DNA from: Candidatus Saccharimonadota bacterium
GTDB taxonomy: Bacteria; Patescibacteriota; Saccharimonadia; Saccharimonadales; Saccharimonadaceae
Length of the DNA: 32,000 bases
Direction of reading: 5' to 3'
NCBI GenBank assembly: GCA_039920285.1
Contig: JBDSDX010000001.1
Coordinates: forward strand, 660,001 to 692,000
In this document: piece by piece, positions 8,965 to 19,026 of the stretch
How positions within the stretch are numbered: the stretch's first letter is position 1
Layout of the letters: every line of letters starts with the position of its first letter
Made by a program: the position numbers and the translations under genes
The notes under the pieces: generated by a model
Told to the model about the DNA's origin: nothing
Database searches by the model: none
Seen by the model: the letters and a program-made list of their open reading frames with translations, nothing else

Positions 8965-9785
8965 TGGATTACGATTACTGGAAGAAGCAAGCCCTCGATA
9001 CACCGCTTTATCCGGACATTGAGTGGAGTAAACCCGAGCAAAAAGGCCACGCCGGTAAACTCGGCATCATCGGAGGGAACTCACTCGGTTTCGCCGGTGT
9101 CGCGGAAGCTTATTCTGTCGCTATTAATGCCGGTCTCGGCCAAGTTCGCGTCTTACTCCCAGATATACTTAGAAAAACGATTCCACCGATCATTACCGAC
9201 ACTGTATTTGGACCAACCAATCAATCAGGAAGTCTTACGAAAGATGCAATTGCTGAGATGAACGCCGTCGGCGAATGGGCAACCAGCGTCCTACTCGTCG
9301 GTGATGCCGGACGGAGTAGCGAAACGGCCATTGCTTACGAACTATTCATTCAAAGTTACCAAGGACCACTAGTCATCACACGTGACGCTATTGATTTAGT
9401 TAAAAACAATGCTCAAGCACTCGTCGACCGTGAAAATACCGTCCTCGTTGCATCATTTGCTCAGTTGCAAAAACTTTTTCAAGCCGTGTACTATCCAAAA
9501 GTACTGACTTTTAGTATGCAGCTCACAAATCTTGTTGATGCTCTCCATAAATTTACCATTACATACCCAACAACTATCGTCGTCTTACACAAGGACAGTC
9601 TTTTGATCGCCCACAAGGGTGAAGTGATTAGTCAGCCATGGGGAAACCCAATGGCTATATGGCGAGGGAGTGTTGCGGCACGAGCCGTCTCGTACTGGAC
9701 CTGGAATCTCTCGAAACCTCTCGAGGCAATCGCCCAAAGCATACAAACAAATTATCCTTACAGATATGTCAATAATATTATATAA
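8964..9785 (+). CDS. YjeF_C / NAD(P)H-hydrate dehydratase-like carbohydrate-kinase-fold protein
   Basis: KGHAGKLGIIGGNSLGFAGVAEAYSVAINAGLGQVRV resembles the N-terminal landmark of the family. The C-terminal GNPMAIWRGSVAARA sits where G-x-G-D is expected, so the Asp appears to be missing. The start overlaps the previous stop (TAATG). Confidence 0.5.
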   Translation: MDYDYWKKQALDTPLYPDIEWSKPEQKGHAGKLGIIGGNSLGFAGVAEAYSVAINAGLGQVRVLLPDILRKTIPPIITDTVFGPTNQSGSLTKDAIAEMNAVGEWATSVLLVGDAGRSSETAIAYELFIQSYQGPLVITRDAIDLVKNNAQALVDRENTVLVASFAQLQKLFQAVYYPKVLTFSMQLTNLVDALHKFTITYPTTIVVLHKDSLLIAHKGEVISQPWGNPMAIWRGSVAARAVSYWTWNLSKPLEAIAQSIQTNYPYRYVNNII

Positions 9786-9794
9786 TGTGACAAA

Positions 9795-10484
9795 ATGAAC
9801 AGTCCTCACGAATCTATCCGTATAATCCGACCCGTTGCCGAGCAAAGTCTTGGTGGTCTTGAATTTGCTCAAGATGTGGAAGCGTTATTTCCTAATCGCG
9901 GAGTCAGAGGGCGTCCCGCATTAAACCTCACCCTTATAGGTACTAGGGAATTTCGTTCAACTGACAAACAAACTGTGCAAGGGCCCCGATTACCAATGCA
10001 AGATATCCTATTTCCTGTGCCAGACACTGGTCGACAACAGCATACTTTCGAGGTGATCGACGCACGTTTCATGGGCCAGTTTTCAGCACACCGAGCACTG
10101 TCACTTATTATCGATGATCCTGAAAGTATCCTCAACAATGAAAGAGGTGAATACATGAGGCGACTTGGTCACACGATCTGGCGTGATCACAACGATCCTC
10201 ATGTTTCTATCGCCGACGTCGGAACGTCATATGCAACCAGTGATATGGTGAAGTGGCTCAACAACAACGCGCCATCAACTATCACTCTTGAAAGCATTAC
10301 AACAGAACCGTTTATTGAACGTCTGAAACAACTGAAGGGTCCAGCGCCGAAGCCCCGCAAAGAGCAGGTTCACTCTATATCCGGTCCATACCCGGAAGTT
10401 CGACGCTTAGGTGACGCCAAAATACCTGAAATATTTTTAAAATCACTGCGCCCACGCACAACACAATCAGAACCCATCGACTAA
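9795..10484 (+). CDS. Hypothetical protein
   Basis: Track ORF with core-like composition. A TATAAT (9781-9786) lies 8 nt before the ATG. It has one H-x-S-x motif (PHVSI) but no convincing family assignment. Confidence 0.5.
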   Translation: MNSPHESIRIIRPVAEQSLGGLEFAQDVEALFPNRGVRGRPALNLTLIGTREFRSTDKQTVQGPRLPMQDILFPVPDTGRQQHTFEVIDARFMGQFSAHRALSLIIDDPESILNNERGEYMRRLGHTIWRDHNDPHVSIADVGTSYATSDMVKWLNNNAPSTITLESITTEPFIERLKQLKGPAPKPRKEQVHSISGPYPEVRRLGDAKIPEIFLKSLRPRTTQSEPID

Positions 10485-10500
10485 TGTTATAAAAAATGAT

Positions 10501-10587
10501 TGGTGGGCAAGGGGGGAATTGAACCCCCACTCTCCTAAGAGAACCAGATTTTGAGTCTAGCGCGTCTACCAATTCCGCCACTCGCCC
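10501..10587 (-). tRNA. tRNA-Leu (anticodon CAA), CCA encoded
   Basis: The reverse complement folds by hand. Acceptor stem is GGGCGAG/CTTGCCC. D arm is GCG-GAATTGGTAGA-CGC. Anticodon arm is CTAGA-CTCAAAA-TCTGG. There is a long variable arm. T arm is GGGGG-TTCAATT-CCCCC, followed by A-CCA. Confidence 0.9.
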
Positions 10588-10669
10588 AATCATCACTTCT
10601 TATAAAGGCTCCACCGATTCGGTGGAAGTACTAATGTATTGTACAATAGATGCCAGTAGGATTAAAGAT

Positions 10670-11896
10670 ATGAACCCCGATACAAGCAGTCCTGGTGGAG
10701 ATCTGCCGGCCGAAACGCCGTCCGATACATCAACATCAAAAAACTCACCTAACATCCAATCCAACGCGGCGAATGTCATTCGTTCGCAGATTAGTGCCCT
10801 CTATAATGACCCTGTACGACCCACAGACCATCATGACGTCGGACAAACCGCTGTCGCTGCAACACAACAACCAGCCGACACAAACCCTTACCACCGTACC
10901 CACAGCTCACACCCAAAGCCGGAAGCAGAGCAGTGGAAAGAATACCACACAGCGTGGCAAGGCTATTACCAGAAATATTACGAGAGTTATTACACTCACC
11001 AAGCTTCACCTGCCGAAGGTACCTCTTCCGCTACCGCTAATGGAGCTGACGGCAACGAACACTATTTCTCAAGCCAACCTGAAGCAGTGCAAACAACTGA
11101 AGACCTATCGAAAGACCAGGCCCTCTTGGAGCTTCGTCAAAAACTGCTTGGCCGGGTTTCAGAATCGGCACGCAAAGTACGTAAAAGTCGCCACTTCGTT
11201 CCAATCCTCGCTGCCATCTTAGTAGTGCTTGGATTCGTTTTCATTCAGTACAACCAAATCTTCGTCGCCAACGTCCAAGCGTATGTTTCACCAGGCAGTA
11301 TCGACCCACAAAATATCGTCGTTGATCCCACCAATGACGTTCAAGTAAGTGCTGAATCACGTCTCATTATCCCAAAAATTAACGTTGATGTTCCTGTATT
11401 TTACGACGTCGGCTCAGACTATAACTCTCAAATGGCAGCGATGAACAATGGAGTTGCTCACTTCGCAATACCAGGCGCCAGTAGCCATCCAGGTGAAGTC
11501 GGCAATACTGCCATCGCAGGGCACAGTAGTAACGACTTGTTTGATAGTGGCGATTACAAATTTATCTTTGCACAACTTGAAAAACTTGCCCCTGGCGATA
11601 GTATCTATGCCAACTACAAGAGTATTCGTTACACCTATGTCATCACAAAGGTTGAAACAGTCAAGCCCACAGAGATCAATAAGCTCGTGTATCCGACGAC
11701 AAAGCCTGTCCTGACACTTATTACCTGTACGCCACTTGGAACGGCTCTAAACCGCCTCCTTGTCACTGCAGAACAGGTCAGTCCAGACCCTGCGTCTGCG
11801 ACAGTTGCTCCTGAGACCCAAACAACGAGTAAGCAAACGAGTATCCCTGGCACAACACCAACATTGCTCGAAAAACTATTCGGCGCAAAAGGCTAA
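10670..11896 (+). CDS. Sortase-family transpeptidase with long N-terminal cytoplasmic extension
   Basis: Catalytic landmarks are AIAGHS (His), LTLITC (Cys) and NRLLV (Arg). One TM helix (FVPILAAILVVLGFVFIQY). The track starts at GTG 10622; ATG 10670 (MNPDTSS) is more plausible. Confidence 0.85.
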   Translation: MNPDTSSPGGDLPAETPSDTSTSKNSPNIQSNAANVIRSQISALYNDPVRPTDHHDVGQTAVAATQQPADTNPYHRTHSSHPKPEAEQWKEYHTAWQGYYQKYYESYYTHQASPAEGTSSATANGADGNEHYFSSQPEAVQTTEDLSKDQALLELRQKLLGRVSESARKVRKSRHFVPILAAILVVLGFVFIQYNQIFVANVQAYVSPGSIDPQNIVVDPTNDVQVSAESRLIIPKINVDVPVFYDVGSDYNSQMAAMNNGVAHFAIPGASSHPGEVGNTAIAGHSSNDLFDSGDYKFIFAQLEKLAPGDSIYANYKSIRYTYVITKVETVKPTEINKLVYPTTKPVLTLITCTPLGTALNRLLVTAEQVSPDPASATVAPETQTTSKQTSIPGTTPTLLEKLFGAKG

Positions 11897-13393
11897 TTAA
11901 TCTAAGATCATTTTGACACGCTGGAGCTGATAGGTCGCTCCAGACTTTGTAATACTATAGAGATAGCGTCCGTTCTGGCTCAGCGTGGCATCGAAGCCAG
12001 GTTCTGCCGCACCAATGACGTGCACATTTGTACCGTCAAACTCTCGTATCGAAAGGTGACCATCGTAGACAGACCACACATAGGCACCGTCAAGCCAGTT
12101 CAGGGTATAGGCTTTTGATTCACTGGTTTCGACAGTCGCATTGGTTTGTCGTTGGTATTCAATTTCATAACTAATAAAACCAAGTCCTGAACGAATAATA
12201 AGATAATCGCCATCGAGGCTAAAGCTCAATTGGTCAACCGCTGCTGGTGCAGTAAACGTCGCATAAGTTTGGAGGCTGGTTGATTCATCAGCACTCGAAC
12301 TTGGGTAGCGACCCTTTAATACGGTCACTGTCAGTCCTTCAACTATGGCCACGTAATCATCACTAAAGTAACGCGTCGCGTCGATCAGAAGAGGAGTATC
12401 GAAGCTTGTACGGCGCAAAATGTGTGACGATTCATCACCTTCACGGTAGATACCCGCAACTTGTTTCGTTGAATCAGCAGGATCAATACCTATATACGTG
12501 ATAATGTTCGTTTCAAATAAATCAAAGTTTTTGACGTTTGTGACAAGACCGCGAGAAATGGTTGCTGCCCCAAGATCGAGTTTACGAATCACGCCGTCGT
12601 TCGTCAGACCATACAGAATATTTCCACTCGTACCCGAGAACTTTAGGTCACTCAAGCCAATACTGAGTAAGCGAGTAATATTGACACTTGTGCCGACATC
12701 TTGTGTATCGACGACAATCCATTCAGTTTTCTCGTTATAGACATGTTTTACTAAGACAAAGCGACCGCCTTCATCCCATTGATTTAGAGTAAATGTGTGT
12801 GTCACACCGACAGTAGTGGCATCACTGTAAGTACCGACAGGTAAAGTAATCGTTGATGTTTGCGGATTCTGTGAACGAAGATCAACGAGCTGAAAACTAG
12901 GTATCTCAGCTTTTTGCTGAAGTATGAGCCATTTATAATCTGGTGATGCTTTTTCTCCGACAAGTGAAGGGTAGGTTGAGATTTTGTCCGTCTGGAGGTT
13001 TTTTGGGACCAACCGAATATAGTCGAGCCACGTTAATGTTCCCGCTTTAACCGTCAATGATTTTGCCCATTGTTCATAACCATCGCGCGACACAATAAAG
13101 GTATGGCTCCCGGCAATAACAGTTTGCTTGGTTGCCGTTCGTGAGCCGATAGTTTTGCCGTCAATCGTGACATAGGCGCCACTCGGTGTTGAATCAAATT
13201 GGAGGAGTGCACCCTGTTCAAGGCGACCTTTTTGACTATCAAGTCGATATCCTAAAATAAACAGCACGGCACCAGTCATGATAGTTAAAATAGCCACAAT
13301 CATAACGATTGATACGATGGTGCGCCGGATGAGTAGCTGCTTTTTTGAGGGTCGTCGAAACATTATTACGCTTATTATAGCAATCTTGTACAC
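11897..13393 (-). CDS. PEGA-domain membrane-anchored protein with beta-rich C-terminal region
   Basis: N-terminal TM helix. PEGA motif region TPSGAYVTIDGKTIG ... VSRDGYEQW. The long beta-strand-rich remainder may be propeller-like. The track start is GTG; the alternative ATG at 13363 lies 10 nt after a TGCTATAAT box. Confidence 0.75.
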   Translation of the reverse strand: MYKIAIISVIMFRRPSKKQLLIRRTIVSIVMIVAILTIMTGAVLFILGYRLDSQKGRLEQGALLQFDSTPSGAYVTIDGKTIGSRTATKQTVIAGSHTFIVSRDGYEQWAKSLTVKAGTLTWLDYIRLVPKNLQTDKISTYPSLVGEKASPDYKWLILQQKAEIPSFQLVDLRSQNPQTSTITLPVGTYSDATTVGVTHTFTLNQWDEGGRFVLVKHVYNEKTEWIVVDTQDVGTSVNITRLLSIGLSDLKFSGTSGNILYGLTNDGVIRKLDLGAATISRGLVTNVKNFDLFETNIITYIGIDPADSTKQVAGIYREGDESSHILRRTSFDTPLLIDATRYFSDDYVAIVEGLTVTVLKGRYPSSSADESTSLQTYATFTAPAAVDQLSFSLDGDYLIIRSGLGFISYEIEYQRQTNATVETSESKAYTLNWLDGAYVWSVYDGHLSIREFDGTNVHVIGAAEPGFDATLSQNGRYLYSITKSGATYQLQRVKMILD

Positions 13394-13502
13394 ATTTTTT
13401 AACCAACCGCTTGCATAAGCGTGATGATACTTCTAATATAAGACTCAAGCATACGCTCAAAAGAGTGTATCGAATTTGACCTGCGAGGAAAAATAACACC
13501 AC

Positions 13503-14450
13503 ATGCAAGCGAACAAGACAGTCACGATCAACGGTCGAATGTACGACGCCGTTACCGGACTTCCGGTTGAGACGAAGGCTTCGAAGCCCGTCGTCAAAAC
13601 ACCCATGACGAAAGCTCAGGCGAAGCGTGCATCTCAGGTACCTTCTGCATCGGTCCACGCAGCTCCGCAGCGTTCACAAACTCTTCTTCGCCGCGCAACA
13701 AAAAAGCCTGGTGTACCAAAACGACCAAAACCCGGCGTCCATATGGATATTTCACGAAGTGCGAAAGTTTCTCGTTTTGCACCACACCCAGTCGCAGTAA
13801 CTATCAAGAAAGCAGATGATGCGTCAGACATCATGCCCAAGACTCATCCACTCGCTCAGCGAGCGATGAAAAAAGCTCAAAAAGCGACAGCACCAGCGTT
13901 GAGTTCAAAACAAGTCAAAGATATCGCCATTTCTGCCGCGATAGCTAAGACACCAATGAATAGGGAGTCCAAAGAAGTAAAGACTGGTTTCCGTTTCTCA
14001 CGTCGTTTTGCCATTATTAGCGCCTGTTTCATCGTTTTAATACTAGCCGCTGCATTGACATACTTCAATATTCCTAGTTTGTCAGTTGGATTCGCCTCAT
14101 CTCAAGCAGGTATTAATGCGACCTACCCTGAATACCAGCCAGATGGATTTCATCTGAAACAACCAGTGACCTTCAGCGATGGAGAAGTAACTCTCAAATT
14201 TGCTTCAAACAGTAATGATAACGGGTACACCATTACTCAAACCCGTAGCTCATGGGACTCATCGGCCGTCCTCGATAACGTCGTTCGTAAAAAAGCCGGT
14301 GACAACTACGTCACTACTCAAGAACGTGGACTGACTATTTATTCATTCGACAGTACAGCTGTTTGGGTAAACGGCGGCTTGCTCTACAAGATCGTTAGCA
14401 ACGCGCCACTTTCTGGTGAACAAATTCGCCACATCGCAACCAGCCTTTAA
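13503..14450 (+). CDS. Hypothetical single-pass membrane protein (basic N-terminus, TM, beta-rich C-terminal domain)
   Basis: Track ORF. TM helix at FAIISACFIVLILAAALTYF. The C-terminal domain is reminiscent of DUF4367-type domains, but I cannot verify this. Confidence 0.55.
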   Translation: MQANKTVTINGRMYDAVTGLPVETKASKPVVKTPMTKAQAKRASQVPSASVHAAPQRSQTLLRRATKKPGVPKRPKPGVHMDISRSAKVSRFAPHPVAVTIKKADDASDIMPKTHPLAQRAMKKAQKATAPALSSKQVKDIAISAAIAKTPMNRESKEVKTGFRFSRRFAIISACFIVLILAAALTYFNIPSLSVGFASSQAGINATYPEYQPDGFHLKQPVTFSDGEVTLKFASNSNDNGYTITQTRSSWDSSAVLDNVVRKKAGDNYVTTQERGLTIYSFDSTAVWVNGGLLYKIVSNAPLSGEQIRHIATSL

Positions 14451-14468
14451 TCTGTTATACTTGAGATA

Positions 14469-15893
14469 ATGTCTGACGTTGTTCGTACTCGTTTCGCTCC
14501 CAGCCCAACCGGCTTTATGCACGTTGGTGGTGTTCGTACTGCTTTATTTGCGTGGCTCTTAGCACGTCAAAATAACGGTCAGTTTATTCTTCGTCTTGAA
14601 GACACCGATCAAAAAAGAGAAGTTGAAGGCTCGGCTGAACACTTAATGAGTGCGCTTCACGCCCTTGGCCTCAACTACAATGAAGGTCCCGATATTGGTG
14701 GCCCCTTTGCACCGTACAAACAAAGTGAACGCCTCGACCATTACAAAGCGTGGGCACAGAAGCTTATCGACGCAGGTCGAGCATATGCCGACCCTTACAC
14801 GCAGGCCGAACTCGATAGTTTTCGAGAACAAGCGCGTACTGAGAAAAAAGCCTTTTTATTCCGTGATCACCGACCTGAAAACCCTCCTGTCTGGGATGGT
14901 TCAACGCCGCTCCGACTCAAATCCGATCCAAAAGCCTACACATGGCACGATGAAGTCATGGGCGACCTTTCGACAGGGCCCGATGTCATCGATGACATCA
15001 TCTTAATAAAATCTGATGGCTTTCCAACCTATAACTTCGCCCATATTATTGACGACGTTGAAATGGAAATTACCCATATCATTCGCGGTCAAGAATTCAT
15101 CGCCAGTCAACCGAACTACCTCAATATTTATGAAGCTCTCGGCATCGAGCGTCCTATTCTTGCTACCATGCCACACATCCTGGGTGATGCGGGGACGAAA
15201 AAACTCGGTAAACGCGATGGCGCCAAAGACGTCCTCGATTATCTTAAAGAAGGATATCTGCCTGAAACGATGCTCAACTTCATCGCCAGCCTCGGTTGGA
15301 ACGACGGTACTGAACAGGAAATCTTTACGGTTGATGAGCTGATTGCGAAATTTAGCCTCGATCGTGTTCAACACAGTGGCGCACGTTTCGACGAAAAACG
15401 ACTCGAGTGGATGAACGGTCAACATATTCGCTTACTTTCAATTGACGACCTTTACACACGTATCGCCGATTTCTGGCCTGCGTCGGCTGTCAATGCGACC
15501 GAAGAACACAAAAAAGAGATCCTTACGCTCGTACAGGACCGCATGAAAACATTGGCCGATCTTCCGATGCTCACTGAATACTTCTTCGCCGATCCAACAT
15601 CTGACTGGACAATGGTTGATGATAACAAACAGCTCTCGAAGTTCTCGAAAGACGAACTAAAAGAACTATTACGTCACGCTATTGATGCATTAAAAGATTC
15701 TGAATTTACTCCTAATGCTATTCAAGAAACTTTAAATACATTGCTTGAAACAACTGGTCAAAAACCAGGCATTCTCTTTAGTCTGATCCGTCTGGCTGTT
15801 TCATGGGCACCTTTTAGTCCCGCTCTCAACGATACACTCAATGCCCTCGGCAAAGACACGGTGATTCAACGACTCCAAACAGCCATCGCGTAA
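14469..15893 (+). CDS. gltX: Glutamate--tRNA ligase
   Basis: RTRFAPSPTGFMHVGGVRTALF (HIGH-type motif), the KMSKS-type motif KLGKRDG, and class I GluRS length. Confidence 0.95.
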   Translation: MSDVVRTRFAPSPTGFMHVGGVRTALFAWLLARQNNGQFILRLEDTDQKREVEGSAEHLMSALHALGLNYNEGPDIGGPFAPYKQSERLDHYKAWAQKLIDAGRAYADPYTQAELDSFREQARTEKKAFLFRDHRPENPPVWDGSTPLRLKSDPKAYTWHDEVMGDLSTGPDVIDDIILIKSDGFPTYNFAHIIDDVEMEITHIIRGQEFIASQPNYLNIYEALGIERPILATMPHILGDAGTKKLGKRDGAKDVLDYLKEGYLPETMLNFIASLGWNDGTEQEIFTVDELIAKFSLDRVQHSGARFDEKRLEWMNGQHIRLLSIDDLYTRIADFWPASAVNATEEHKKEILTLVQDRMKTLADLPMLTEYFFADPTSDWTMVDDNKQLSKFSKDELKELLRHAIDALKDSEFTPNAIQETLNTLLETTGQKPGILFSLIRLAVSWAPFSPALNDTLNALGKDTVIQRLQTAIA

Positions 15894-15953
15894 CCTCAGA
15901 TTCCACCTCTGAGTGACAAAGGCATAAGCAGTTTGCTATAATACGCGGTAGTT

Positions 15954-17048
15954 ATGAAGCAACATAAACAGGACCCAGTGGGCCCAAAAACTCCAAATTG
16001 GTTCCGTCGCCACCGAAAGTTAGCGATTCTTCTCAGCATCGTGACTGTTCTCATCATTGGTGGGGGAGTTACTGCTGCTTTATTTGTTTTCAATCAAAAA
16101 CCAAAAGCCGACACACCAGCAAAAGTCACTAAACCAGTTGTAACACCCGATGCACCAAAATTTTACTCACCTTTAACAGGTAACCTCGTCACTGATCAAG
16201 CAGCCACCACACAACCTGTAACCGCTATCATGATCGAAAACAGTCCCGACGCACGTCCACAATCTGGACTCAAAGATAGCGGTGTCGTTTTTGAGGCCAT
16301 TGCCGAAGGTGGTATCACGCGCTTCCTCGTTTTATACCAAGAACAAAAACCACAGCTCATCGGACCCGTTCGAAGTGTTCGCATGTATTATGTTGATTGG
16401 CTCGCAGCCTTTAATGCCAGCGTTGCCCACGTTGGCGGAAGCGCGGCCGCATTAGCCGAAGTCAGAAATGGTAGCTACCGTGACATCGACCAATTCTTTA
16501 ACGGTAGCTATTACTGGCGCGCGACCGATCGCTATGCACCCCATAACGTCTACACCAGCTTTGAAAAACTCGATGCTCTGAATGCCACTAAAGGCTACAC
16601 GAGCTCAACATTCACAGGGTTTACCCGTAAAGACTCGAAGGCTGCAAAAGTCACAACTGCCAGCAAAATCGACGTGACCATTAGTAGTTTTCTATATAAC
16701 AGTTCGTACACATACAACACAACGACCAATACCTACGACCGCTCAGAGGGTGGCGCAGCCCACGCAGATAGAGAGGGTGGTCAGATCAGTCCGCGCGTTG
16801 TTATTGTCATGAAAGTCCCAGAACGTCTCGTATTTGAAGATGGCTATCGAGAGCAGATCGACGCTATCGGGAGCGGTGTTGCCGACATCTTTCAAGATGG
16901 AGAAGTAACAGAAGTTACTTGGAGTAAAACAAGTAAGACTGATCAATTAATGTTCACTGGTGCTGACGGCAAAGATGTCCCGCTCGCCCGAGGACAAACG
17001 TGGATCACCTCAGTTTCTAGTACAACAGGAGGCGTCACATGGCAGTAG
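15954..17048 (+). CDS. DUF3048 (YerB-like) domain protein, membrane-anchored
   Basis: N-terminal TM helix. PVTAIMIENSPDARPQSGLKDSGVVFEAIAEGGITRFLVLY matches my memory of the DUF3048 core. Confidence 0.8.
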   Translation: MKQHKQDPVGPKTPNWFRRHRKLAILLSIVTVLIIGGGVTAALFVFNQKPKADTPAKVTKPVVTPDAPKFYSPLTGNLVTDQAATTQPVTAIMIENSPDARPQSGLKDSGVVFEAIAEGGITRFLVLYQEQKPQLIGPVRSVRMYYVDWLAAFNASVAHVGGSAAALAEVRNGSYRDIDQFFNGSYYWRATDRYAPHNVYTSFEKLDALNATKGYTSSTFTGFTRKDSKAAKVTTASKIDVTISSFLYNSSYTYNTTTNTYDRSEGGAAHADREGGQISPRVVIVMKVPERLVFEDGYREQIDAIGSGVADIFQDGEVTEVTWSKTSKTDQLMFTGADGKDVPLARGQTWITSVSSTTGGVTWQ

Positions 17049-18640
17049 ATCCTCAGCTCGACACGGCGCCAAAGCTTGCAAAAGATTTCTGGCCATCCTT
17101 CCGACGAAGCACCGCGATTCTTATCGTTGTTATGCAACTATTAATCCTCCTTGGTATTGCAACTGTGTTATATTTCATCGGTTTTTATGAAAGGAACCCT
17201 CTGGCATTCGCTGGGACCTTAGTCGCCCAAACGATTCTTGGTGTCATCACCTCAGCAATTATCTACAAGTTCGTGAGTCGTCCGATCAAAGATCTTCTCG
17301 CCGCTGTTGTCCACGTCGCTGGTGAACCAACCTCCAGTACGCCACCAAACCCAAATGACCCACGGTTCAAAAAAAGTGGTTTCAAAAACGTTCTTCAAAC
17401 AATCTACCAACTCGCGAGCAACGACAGTACTGCACCTGCGACAACGCCGGTCATCGCTTCAACACCAAGTGACGGAACTGCGGTCATCGCAACACCTGTC
17501 ACACCAGCTGTGACAAACAGCCTTATCGAAAAAGCTCTTAACGACACAATCTGCGGATTCGTCGTCATGAATCATGACCGAAAGATTACCTATTCAAACA
17601 AAGCAGCACCAATCCGTGTCGATCAAGAAAATACATCATCTCTCATGCTCCTGTTCAACGGAGAGGACACACTCGACGTCTGGTTGGCGGATTGTGACAA
17701 GAATGCCGTCCACGCAGAAAAAACTTGGTCACGTGTCCCAAACAAATTGCCCGACGAAGAAGATCGTCGCTTCTTTGACGTCATCGCATCGTATGACAAG
17801 GGGGCTGAAAGCGAAGTCGTCTTGACCCTTATTGACCGTACCGGCCTCTACAGTGTCGGTGAAGAAGAGCTCGACTTCATTGCCTTTGCTGCTCACGAAC
17901 TTCGTGGACCAATCACGGTAATTCGTGGCTACCTTGACGTGCTCGAAGACGAATTGAAAGACGTATTGAAAGATGATCAAGCAGAACTCTTCCGCCGACT
18001 CACCGTCTCTGCAAACCGCCTCTCGGGCTACATTAATAACATTCTCAACACATCTCGTTACGACCGTCGTCACCTAAAAATGCACTTAGCAGAAATTACC
18101 GTTGCCAGCGTCTACGATACGATACGAGACGACATGCAAATGCGTGCCAGCGCCCAAAATCGCCTACTCAGTGTCACCATCCCAGATGGTCTCCCCACAA
18201 TCGCTGCCGACAACGCCAGCCTCAGCGAGGTGTTTGGTAACCTCATCGATAATGCTATCAAATACAGCAACGAAGGCGGCGCTATCAATGTTGTTGCCAG
18301 CGTCAAAGGCGATACTGTCGAAGTAGCGATTGAGGACCACGGCATAGGTATGCCCGGAAACGTTGTGAGCAACTTGTTCCAGAAGTTTTACCGATCTCAC
18401 CGTTCACGCGAGACCGTTGCCGGCACAGGTATTGGACTATACATCTCCAAGGCTATCGTCGAATCGCATGGCGGAAACATTAGCGTTCGTAGTGAGGAGG
18501 GTCGAGGCTCAACCTTTATCGTCTCACTGCCAACCTTCAAGTCAGTTGCGGATAAGCTCAAAGAAGGCAATAATAGTAACGAACAACTAATAGAACAAAA
18601 CAGTGGCTGGATCAAAAACCACTCAATGTATCGGGGATAA
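17039..18640 (+). CDS. Sensor histidine kinase (HisKA + HATPase_c)
   Basis: H-box FAAHELRGPITVI, N-box NLIDNAIKYS, G-boxes IEDHGIGM and GTGIGLYISK. Two N-terminal TM segments. Overlaps the previous gene by 10 nt. Confidence 0.9.
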   Translation: MAVDPQLDTAPKLAKDFWPSFRRSTAILIVVMQLLILLGIATVLYFIGFYERNPLAFAGTLVAQTILGVITSAIIYKFVSRPIKDLLAAVVHVAGEPTSSTPPNPNDPRFKKSGFKNVLQTIYQLASNDSTAPATTPVIASTPSDGTAVIATPVTPAVTNSLIEKALNDTICGFVVMNHDRKITYSNKAAPIRVDQENTSSLMLLFNGEDTLDVWLADCDKNAVHAEKTWSRVPNKLPDEEDRRFFDVIASYDKGAESEVVLTLIDRTGLYSVGEEELDFIAFAAHELRGPITVIRGYLDVLEDELKDVLKDDQAELFRRLTVSANRLSGYINNILNTSRYDRRHLKMHLAEITVASVYDTIRDDMQMRASAQNRLLSVTIPDGLPTIAADNASLSEVFGNLIDNAIKYSNEGGAINVVASVKGDTVEVAIEDHGIGMPGNVVSNLFQKFYRSHRSRETVAGTGIGLYISKAIVESHGGNISVRSEEGRGSTFIVSLPTFKSVADKLKEGNNSNEQLIEQNSGWIKNHSMYRG

Positions 18641-18642
18641 CC

Positions 18643-19026
18643 ATGGCAATTAAAACAATTCTCATCATTGAAGATGACCGCTTTATCGGTGAAATGTACG
18701 TCCGTAGTCTCAAAAAGGCCGGTTTCGAAGTCGACTGGATGGTTGACGGCAACGACGGCCTCATCGCAGCCCGCAACAAACCATACGACCTCATCTTGCT
18801 CGATGTCATGCTTCCAGAACGACGTGGCACAGAAATCCTCGAAGCCCTCCGCGGAGGCAAAGAAGATCTCATCCCTCATAGTAGAGTAGTCGTCTTAACA
18901 AACTTTGAACAAGACGACGAATCACGACTCGCCATGGAAAAACACGCCGACGCATACCTTATCAAAGCCGAAATCACCCCAAGCAAACTACTGTCTGTCA
19001 TCGAGCAACTCGCGCCGCCGGCCTAG
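18643..19026 (+). CDS. Stand-alone receiver-domain response regulator (CheY-like, no output domain)
   Basis: 127 aa. Contains IIEDD, LILLDVMLP and an LIKAE-type conserved Lys region. Starts 2 nt after the kinase stop. Confidence 0.9.
   Translation: MAIKTILIIEDDRFIGEMYVRSLKKAGFEVDWMVDGNDGLIAARNKPYDLILLDVMLPERRGTEILEALRGGKEDLIPHSRVVVLTNFEQDDESRLAMEKHADAYLIKAEITPSKLLSVIEQLAPPA

Noticed and set aside
14643-15425. Track ORFs inside or antisense to gltX, and similar ones inside der (28118-29100), the kinases (17307-18400, 24404-25999), the GT4 genes and the sortase
   Set aside because: They are nested in or antisense to confidently identified genes and have low-complexity or unrecognisable products.
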